A stretch of 54,500 bases of DNA, counting the filler, from Sphacelaria rigidula (lineage: Eukaryota), in assembly GCA_964200075.2 (NCBI GenBank). It is 4 parts of 4 records of this genome, joined end to end, with 100 filler letters (N's around TTAATTAATTAA, not from the genome) between each part and the next. Parts side by side here need not be neighbours in the genome. Positions count along the whole stretch, not along the records: positions 27,304 to 40,852 come from CAXNAA020002810.1; positions 40,953 to 54,500 come from CAXNAA020002811.1; 2 more parts are not named here. One strand, given 5' to 3'. Numbering within the stretch: the first letter of the stretch is position 1; each line of letters starts with the position of its first letter. Below are positions 36,489 to 45,764 of the stretch, in pieces. A program made the translations under genes and the position numbers. The notes below the pieces were generated by a model that was given only the letters and a program-made list of their open reading frames with translations, had not been told where the DNA came from and did not search any database.

Positions 36489-38393
36489 TTAATAGTTGTG
36501 ATTGTTTGGCGTGTAGTGATAGAGGACAGAGAAATAGTCGACAGACAAAACTTGGTTGTTTTTTCCACAAATCAGCTCCTGCCGGGAAAAAAAGCGGCAG
36601 TTACTTCTATTTCACAACTTTCTGCCACTTCCTTTTCGATTTTAGTACTACTGTTGTATAGCACATGAATACGGCACGGTGGGGAAAAGTTGAGGACAGT
36701 ACTGTAACGTTAACCCTTAGACACGGACCCCCCCCGCAGGTGGACTGAGATGGACTACGCCACATATGGCGTTCAGAACAGTTATTTTCTTGCTAAACAA
36801 AACGCCTTTTGCATGGACACGCGAGTGTTGGGCATCTATTGTATATAGAGCCCTTGACTCGTTTTGATCCTGTAGTAGTCAATTTCGCGCAGGGTCAAAG
36901 TATGTGCTACTTGTCACCGCTGGATAAAACGGCAAGGAACAGTCAGCGTGCTGTCGCTCTCCACTCAACACAGTCTTTTGCAAGCTGCTGGCGTATCTGC
37001 TTAGTGTTCCTCAACAACACTACAGTGTGTAAAGATATCCTGGCAACACACGAGGGGTCAGGCAGGCGGTTAGACCACGAACAGAGCACAGAACAACTTG
37101 TCTGTGCCCACGTAATCAATGGTTGAAGCGTCGTGATTCGAATAAGAACTACGGCTAGACAGCGAGTATTGTAGTCCGTCTGTACCGGAATAAAGTTCCC
37201 TTTTTGATTGCCGTGATTGGTGAGAATGGTCACGCCGCTCCTCTCGGGCCTCTTCCCCGGCTTATAATTTTCCGTGGGAAACTTCCAGATACACATGGAT
37301 GACTTGGTGAGCTTGTCGACTGTTCTGCGCGCAGGTGCCCACCCCCCTGTCAAAACCAAAACTTTGGGTTGTCTCGATGCGGGAGTGTCCCGATCTGAGC
37401 AGATAGATCATAAACCAAAAGTCAACGTCCAGAGAATCGGAGAATTGATCTGGTTTCCCCACAGCTAGCCGGAAAACATTGCCGAACGGACTGCGGTCCG
37501 AAAAAACTCAACCCACGAGAGAAAATAGCCTGTACACGGGCTGAAACCCTCATATATATACAAATACGGATTGGTTGCAATCAAAAATGCTCTAGCACGG
37601 TCCCCACGGGTCTGACTTTCGCAAATATGAGTACCCCCGATTTCGCACAGATTGGGGTCTCCACAGAACCGCGATTCGTTCCCATAAAAATTGGTCCAAG
37701 GCCAACAACTCTTATGGGAGAGTTTGAACTTTTATTTGTCAGCAATTTCAGAGGAGTTTTTTTTTTCTTCGTCATCATGGTGAACGGGCACAAAATACAC
37801 AACTACGGCAAAGAAAAAAAAAAGTTTAAAATTATTGCAAAAAAAAAATCCAAACGCTCCCATAAGAGTTGGCCTAAGGCCGTTTCTTCCGGTTCGTTTT
37901 TTCTCATCGTATTTAAAAAAAAAATACGAGGAAGAAATACCGCTAGGAAAATATAATTAGAGATGTTGACCCTACCTTACGGTTCCAGATATATTTCCGA
38001 GGTGGGTGGGGTACCAAAAGAGCGGGGGGGGGCGTACTGATTTGTTGCTTGCCTTAGTCGTGTGACTATTGACCACGCATCCCTTCCGAGACGGAGCCAA
38101 AAGAGCGGGGAGGTACCGAAAGTAAAAGTACGGTCAGCGGATTTCAATGGGGCGTGCACGCTAAGGCGAGGTACAAAGACCTAAAGATTTCGCCATGCCA
38201 AGCTTCCTGTGTTGGTGTAAGAAGGCGTGAAATACAGACCTCCCCCGACTTGCTGACCCAGCTTGCTGACCCAGCTCGTACTGTTTACCGAGAAATCAAC
38301 GCACGGGAGAAAATTGCCTGCAGACGGGCTGAAATCCTTGTATTGGTACAAATTGAGATTCGTTGCCGAGAAAGTGGGTCTTAGGTCAACTGT

Positions 38394-38844
38394 AATGGGA
38401 GCCGTTCAAAATTCCTGTCGAAAACTGCCTTTTGGGCCCTTCTCCGTCGATTTCCGCTCGAAACGAGGGCAAGGCGGACGTTGACGCCTTGGAATGACTT
38501 GCTCTACGCGTTGAGACTGTTCCAGGGCAACTTTGCATTTCCCGCTGGCCGCACTTTTGTTTTTGGCCATATAACCAAACACGGATTTCCAGTGAAAAGT
38601 GGTCAGGTATCCAAATTCTCCCTCAGTATTTTGATCGCTTGACCGTTTATTGTTGAAAACCCGTGTTTGGCCAAAAATGAACGTGCGGCCAGCGGGAAAA
38701 ACAAAGTTGTCTTGGAACGGTCTCATTTGAGTAGAGCAAGTCATTCCAAGCCGTCGACGTCCGCCTAGCCCTCTTTTCAGGCGTGAAACGACGGAGAAGG
38801 GCCAAAAAGGCAGTTTTGAACAGAAGTTTTGAACGGCTCCCGTT
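38394..38844. repeat. Long foldback (hairpin) element, copy 1
   Basis: Inverted arms of about 200 bp, aatgggagccgttcaaaa.. / ..ttttgaacggctcccgtt. Confidence 0.85.
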
Positions 38845-39323
38845 AGTCAGTCCAAGACCGACTCTAATGGGAGACGTTCAAGAATTTCAAACGCGTTTTT
38901 TTTCTGCCACGATTCTGAATCGGTACCAAAAAACACACCATTATAGCATAAAATTGGACTTGTATAGGGATGTTGACTTTGGCGTGACCTAGGAGGTGTG
39001 CATCTCTACAACAGCACCCCCAAAAGATATACAATATAACATGAGGCGGCATGTTGACGAAACAAGGAAAGTGAGAATCATTTCGTGACATAGTTATGGT
39101 GACGTAACGGTTCACAAATTCATTTTCACGAGAAATCACACGCCGTTCCAATGTAGGGGGAAAGACGAGTGATGCAATGACGGCAAAGGCACAAGGGTAC
39201 GTACTGAAAATGCAGTGGGGGGTGACAACCGCAATTGATTCGAAATAGGAGGGCGATAACGCGCTGGGTGGTGGACATTGTCACGGATCGTCCACCACAC
39301 GAAAAGGAGAAAAACATGAACAG

Positions 39324-39361
<38 letters not shown>

Positions 39362-40105
39362 GCAGCTTTACTGCCAGTAGATATATACGGCTAGGAGTGC
39401 GACAAAATCAGCCGGTGCCAATACTGCTGCTGCTGCTGCTCTTCCTCGTGCGAGAGACGGTCCGCGTTTCGATTGTGCGACGACGCTCACTCACCTTAAT
39501 CGTGACAGCCACCGTGCTTAAAAGCGCGAGTCCATACTAACCGCCGATGGGCCCATGCTTGCTCACTCTGCGAAGTGCTGGGAGATATAGTTGTGCGCAT
39601 CTCTCTGTGGGAGCTGTGCACGTCGAGTGTGTCTCACGCGTGGCTACTGCTGGCGATGGAAACGAGCTGTGCGCCTATGGATAGCCCCGTGACTTACATA
39701 CTTCGTGCCAACAACATTGAATTTTCAACTTCGACAAGACAGCACTGCCTGCCAACTGCAGTTTTTCGTAATGCAATAGTAGTACAGTAGCTCGGGAAAT
39801 CCAGCAGAGAACAGACAGGTTTGGCAAGGTGCAGCACATGAGAAAACCGTCTCCGTGTGCTGTTGTACAAGAAAACATTACATGTCCCAATTTACTTGTT
39901 GGGCCAGCTTTTGAACGGGTCCTCAAGCGTTCAGAATCGTTCCCCGATTCTGAGCGCTTGGTCAAAAATTGCATTTTTGGGGGGCCATTCAGAATTTTGG
40001 AGGGCTGAATCTTGACGATTTCGTTCCACAGTGGTCGGTTTTGTGATCACCTGTTCAAAAATTTTGAAAAATAAAATCTGAACGTCTCCCATTAGAGTCG
40101 GTCTT

Positions 40106-40572
40106 TAGACTAACAAATGGGAGCCGCTCAAAACGTCTGTTCAAAACTGCCTTTTTGGCCCTTCTTCGTCGTTTCACGCCTGAAAGGAGGGCTAGGCGGA
40201 TGTTGACGCCTTGGAAATACTTGCTATACTCGTTGAGACCGTTCCAGGGCAACTTTGCATTTCCCGCTGGCCGCACTTTGGTTTTGGGTCAAACCAGGCC
40301 AAATACGAATTTCTAGTAAAAATGGTCAAGAGATCAATTTTTTTCCCTGTTTTGTTATCGCTTGACCGTTTACGTTGGAAATCCGTGTTTGGCCAAAAAT
40401 TAAAGTGCGGCCAGCGGGGAATGCAAAGCTGCCCTAGAACGGTCTCATTGAGTAGAGCAAGTCGTTCCAAGGTGTCAACATCCGCCTAACCCTTTTTTCG
40501 GGCGTAAGACGAAGAAGGGCCAAAAAGGCAGTTTTGAACAAAAGTTTCGAACGGCTCCCATTTGTCAGTCTA
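40106..40572. repeat. Long foldback (hairpin) element, copy 2
   Basis: tagactaacaaatgggagccg.. / ..cggctcccatttgtcagtcta. Colinear with 38394-38844. Confidence 0.85.
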
Positions 40573-40852
40573 GCACATCACTTTTCGATCGAAAAAAAAG
40601 CAGGGGTCGGACGGATGAATGATTTGTCTGGAAATTACTTCATTTTAGTGTAGTTGACTCGTGCGAATCAATCCTTCGGCTTTGTTTTCAGCGTTGCGGC
40701 TCAGGTACGCGCAGCCCAGGCACGTGGAATGACGCAAAAATTGCGTGCACACCTTCGGAACCAGCGGTCAACTTTTTTTTCTCTCCAACAGCCTGGATTC
40801 GTTTTTGAGGTTCAACATTTTAATGAGTTTCAACTCGAAAACAGTGCTTTCC

Positions 40853-40952
40853 NNNNNNNNNNNNNNNNNNNNNNNNNNNNNNNNNNNNNNNNNNNNTTAA
40901 TTAATTAANNNNNNNNNNNNNNNNNNNNNNNNNNNNNNNNNNNNNNNNNNNN
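40853..40952. other. Artificial contig spacer
   Basis: 100-nt N-run with central TTAATTAATTAA. Confidence 0.98.
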
Positions 40953-41298
40953 ATTGATGACGGCAATGGCTATCGATGGATGGCTCACCAAACCTATTGA
41001 TAACGGCAATGGCTATCGATGGACGGCTCACTAAACCTATTGATTACGGCAATGGCTATCGATATATACAACCCAGAATCTATTGCGGTACACCAATTCC
41101 ATCGATGGCGAGTGATCTTCATTTATTGTAATTGTCATAGGCTATCGATCGACTATTGCAACACCTATTGTTCCTTGCAATCCAAATCAATATATGTCTT
41201 TCACCATCTATCGTGTTCGATAATATATATCGATAGATTATTCCCCTTGTCTATTGCTGAAGCAATGAACTATTATTGTGTCCATTGTCCAGGGTGTG
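40953..41298. mobile_element. Right end of a second copy of the 43-bp-minisatellite transposon (cut by the contig start)
   Basis: Colinear with about 20100-20447 and ends in ttgtccagggtgtg. Confidence 0.85.
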
Positions 41299-44255
41299 AT
41301 GCCCTCTAGGATGAGGATTTCCTATTGCGCAAGTGTTTTGCGGGCACCGTCCTGGAATATCCGAACCTTTCACCGTAGTCAGTCGCCGTGACCTTCTAAG
41401 TAACTCGTGCCCTCTATCGCCGCCCCCGACAGCTTATTTTTGCTGTCTCGTGCACAGGCCGACCTGCAAGATTCACTCTGTCGAATCCGACATGAAATTG
41501 ACATGGAAGGGCGCACGATCGGCAGTTTATATTTAGCTTCTCGTCATGTACTGTGTTTGAAAAGGGGGACATGGGAAATATGAGCTAGATGATGTTCAGC
41601 CGACCACCACATCCGACGGAACTCCCCCAGCCATGCATGGCCCGCAGTTACTGAGGTGCACGGGCCTCGAGACATCGCGAAGAGGAGGGAGATGTAGACA
41701 TGAAACAGGAGCGGTAGTTATGAGAATCGGTCGGGACTCTGTGTCCGGTGTCCGCTGTACCGTTTTCAGCTGTAGGCAGGACCATCCGCGCAGCAATATT
41801 TATACGTTGCCTGGTTGAAATCCGTGTGCGACCATTGTTCTCATCGGTCATGTTTTATTCCTATATCGGTCTTGTGATTGTTGTGCTGTATAGCACCTCA
41901 TCCGTTCGTACACCCTTTACTGGGAGCGGCTGCCGGCAACATGTTCCGGAAAAATATTGAAATAGGTGCCAAATACCGGGATAACAGTGAAACAGGTGCC
42001 AAATATCAGGCCTTACATTTCCCGCCCGGTTTCTTGTTTCAGTAGAAGAGACTCCTGCCAGGTGGGACTGCGGCAACACATGCAGCGAGTGTACCTCGGC
42101 TAAACGAAGGAAAGTGAAGCAAGACTGTCGAACTACCGCTCAGAAAATGTGGCGTTCGAAAGCTACCATGGGCATATATTTCTCGATCGAATATGTATAT
42201 CTGAAGAGTCGAAACCGTGACACTGTCGAGCCTCAGCGCGAGGGAACGTCATCACGGCTATGCATACTTTTCTTGGATGTCGTCTCAACAAGGAAATTAC
42301 ACTTTCTGCGATAGCCCCCCCCCCAAAAGTGAATGGTTTGGGGAGGCAAAATCTTCACGTAAATCGAAATGGAAAAAACCGAGTATAACGAGATGCTGGG
42401 AATTCCCACGCTTGGGTTCATTCTTGCCAATGTTGCCAATATGAGGCGCTTCATCCAGCCTGAACCCAAACATCAGGCGCTGTATGACCACTTTTTCGTG
42501 ACACTTTGGGGCTGGTTTTAAGGGGGGCTTCGTAGAAAGTGTCACTGCGTACAGTGCAGGAGCGGAACACTTTTTTTCCGGTGTAGGCGGTTGGCCAGGG
42601 TGTCTCGTTTTTCAAGGCCGTGACCTAGGGAGTTGCTCAAGTCTCAAAAGTAGTCAGCACACTTGATATGCAGCCGCATGTCTCTGTAAGCGCTTTGGGG
42701 GTCCAAAACCAATCAATCGCCGCTGTGTTGACACACTGCGGTTTTACGTTGTTCGTGCTAATCGCTGTTGTGTACTGTCGGTACTGTCTGTTGCCTGTCC
42801 TCCAGTCAGCTAATTATCGGCTCACTTCCCACAGATCGGAATAACCCAAAGTCAACATGAATTATTTTCGCGCGAAGAGTAAATATGACCCAGCGTTTAA
42901 AAACCGCCACTCGGCCAAAATCGAGCCCATCCGGGATCAGGGGAAGACCTATCGCATGGGACATGTCGTGTATCACTGTGCTGCAGCACAAACACACTCA
43001 TGAGCTGCCTCTTGTGCTGTAGCTGTCGCTGCGCTGTGGTGTCTCCGGGGCGTTTTGAAGACGGTTTGGTCTTCGCTGCGACTGATTGCCTGAGTTGCTT
43101 CATTACTGTCGTGGCGTTCGTCTCTTCGAAAAATAATGCTGACGACACTCGGTGCTCTCTAGACACTGTTGACACCTGTATGGTTTGTTTGCTATTACGT
43201 CTCGAGTCAAACGAACAAGACGCTACCTAAACCCGTCATGTATATGCTGTAATCGTCGCTGTGCTGTTGCGCATCCAAATGCTTTACGATGATCACGGTG
43301 CGATGTGCGCTGGAGAGTGCCTGAACAGTTGTAGTGCTGCATGCTGTGTTTCGGTCTGCAAATAAATGGGGTGGGATCTAAGTATTTATCGCCGTTTGGA
43401 GGAATCACACTTGGTTTGGGAATTGACACGGACAATATTACACTTTACACTCCGATTTACTGTCTGCTATATAGAGTTTACCTGGACGCTCCGCAAATGA
43501 AGAGAAAATACCAGAGGAAAAATCCTCACGAGTTTACACCCACCCGCACTGAAGTGCGGACAAAGTCAGTATGTATCAGATTTTTGTAGTTACGGTGTAT
43601 CTTTGCTTGTCTCAGCGGCAAGGAACAGTGAGCGTGCATCGTTCTGCACGGAACACAGTCTAATGCACGCTACTGGTGTCTCTGCTTAGTGTTCCACAAC
43701 GACACTACAGTGCGAAGCTATGTTGGCAACACAAGAGAGGTCACGCAGGTGGCAAAGACAGGCAACGAGTAAAAGTACGTTGTTTCTGCCCATGTGATTT
43801 ATGACTTGTGCAAACCTGTGATTACAATGATTCTCCTAGTCTGCAACAACTTATGTGCAAGCCGGATACACGTCACGTCAATCGCTGTCTGTGTCAAGTT
43901 GTGCTCAACATACTATTCCTTTGTGCATATGTTGCTGTGCTGGCTTCAAGAAATCCACTGGCACCCCATCACTTCGGGGGAACTCCAAAGTCCAAGTCCT
44001 GACCGAAATTGGTCTGCGCAAACACCGTATTAACACTCGATTTTGCTCGATTTCAGAAAAAAAAAAGTTGTGAGAAAATTTATGGTCTGGGGCAGGTGAG
44101 TAGTGGTGAGCAGTAGACCCAGCTCATCCAGAACGTGTTCTGGTCCAAAATCGGCTCAAAGGCATCGATTTGCGGTCCGGAAACGCACACTTTGCGTAAG
44201 GAACACTCTGCACCTCCCTTTCCCGGGGGTGCTCGGTACGCCTTGGTCGGGGTTA

Positions 44256-45085
44256 GAGCCCTCCGTAACAAAGGGGATTATCCCCTTTTTTACAATCCCT
44301 TTTTGACAGGGGATTGGCCCCATAACGACCGGTCCCGAGTCCTATCGACAAGCAGTTTTGTACAGATTGGACCCAGATCTGCACGCAGGCTGAGAAATGC
44401 GGCGGGTCTGGAAGTGGTCATTGGTCCAAGCAGGCCAAAGGTCTGTGTAATGAATGCTGCAGACAAGACACGAGACAGCACAGCATCTACACACCCAGCC
44501 CCGAAAAAATACGCATAGACGCCCACCACTCACGCGCATCAGTTTCACTGCCAGCAGTTGCTGATCTACACACGGCAGGCCTGGTTTGACAGAAATCTGT
44601 TCTGTATTGGACGAATGGCGGCCGCATGCGTGTCAAAAACAACCGAAAACGTGTCTTTGCCGACCGTTCCGTGAGCGTGTGCTGCACGCGTCTCACACAA
44701 ATCATCATTTCTCAACGAATTCCGAACATATTTGAGCAAGGCCACGCACGATATGCACAGCTGATGAGCAGCTACGGCTCGAGCTGTGTGTTTTTGGTTT
44801 GCGGGGTCACCAAGTTCCTCAGATTCAGTCCTGTTTGTGTTAGGCCATGTGGTAAGCCTCTGCATGTGCCCCTGTCCATCGGACACGTATGTTCGCCTTC
44901 GAGGTGTCCGGAAATCCCCTCTTGAAAAACAATATTTTTGCACTTCCTGAAATCCCCTCTTCAGAGGGGGTTTCTGTACACGTTGAGGGTACTGTTTTTT
45001 GGTTTTTTGGGGGGGGTGATATCGCAGCGACCAATCACCGGTTGTTGTCCGAAAAGGGGATTATCCCCTTCGTTAAGAAGAGCCC
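44256..45085. mobile_element. PIF/Harbinger-type non-autonomous element inserted into a telomere-motif repeat
   Basis: 30-bp imperfect TIRs gagccctccgtaacaaaggggattatcccc / ggggattatccccttcgttaagaagagccc. TTA TSD at 44253-44255 and 45086-45088. Confidence 0.82.
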
Positions 45086-45424
45086 TTAGAATGAGGGTTA
45101 GCGTTAGGGTTGGCGGCATCTGCATACTACCAACATTCGCTTACGTACATGTCCTCAGGTCCCCTCCCTTTTCAGCGTACTTCACCGACTCTGTAGGCTT
45201 ACAGCGCTGACCGGAACCGCCTTTTCTCCTGATATCACCCCCCATTAACGATCAGGGGAACTGACGGTTTAGGTCAGCCCTGTGTACTCACAGACTCGGT
45301 AAAATGCGATGAAAAAAGTATCTACGCGGTAGAGGGGGCATTAGGCCAACAAAAAAATCATTAGCCATCGCTGAAAGTATGGGGAAAACACTTTTACGGG
45401 CTTGAACCTCATTTCATCGTACAA

Positions 45425-45520
45425 CCTACCAGGGAGAGATGAGTCCACCCCTCGAGACCATGGACTCGTTCCAAGGAAGGGGAGGGGTTCAAAGTGCGAC
45501 AGAGACAAGGATAAAAAAAG
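45425..45520 (+). mobile_element. 5'-truncated copy of the SINE family A 3' end
   Basis: taccagggagagatgagt..gagaccatggactcgttccaaggaaggggaggggttcaaagt matches the reverse complement of about 4200-4270. Confidence 0.7.
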
Positions 45521-45764
45521 TACTGAGAGTAAATAGAATGGCCTCATTTAAAGGGATTGTCTGTTCAAGGATGCGTGCGTGGTCACTCGGTATCCTCGTC
45601 TCCCCCACCCGTCATCCAACAGAGCAGCACCACAGGGACCGGACGAACCGAAAAGTTCATGTATCGTAGTCGTATAAATCCGCACTGACACGACGAAGTG
45701 TCGCGCAACAGCACCGAGCCGACGTCAGCTGGCAAAACGCGCGTGCACAGATGAACTCGTCAAG

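Noticed and set aside
39235-39540. Poly-Ser/poly-Leu ORFs
   Set aside because: Produced by (CAG/CAA)n and (CTG)n microsatellites.
38394-40572. Two hairpins as the TIRs of one 2.2-kb transposon
   Set aside because: Their loop sequences are in the same orientation, so they are two copies of a self-palindromic element. No TSD found.
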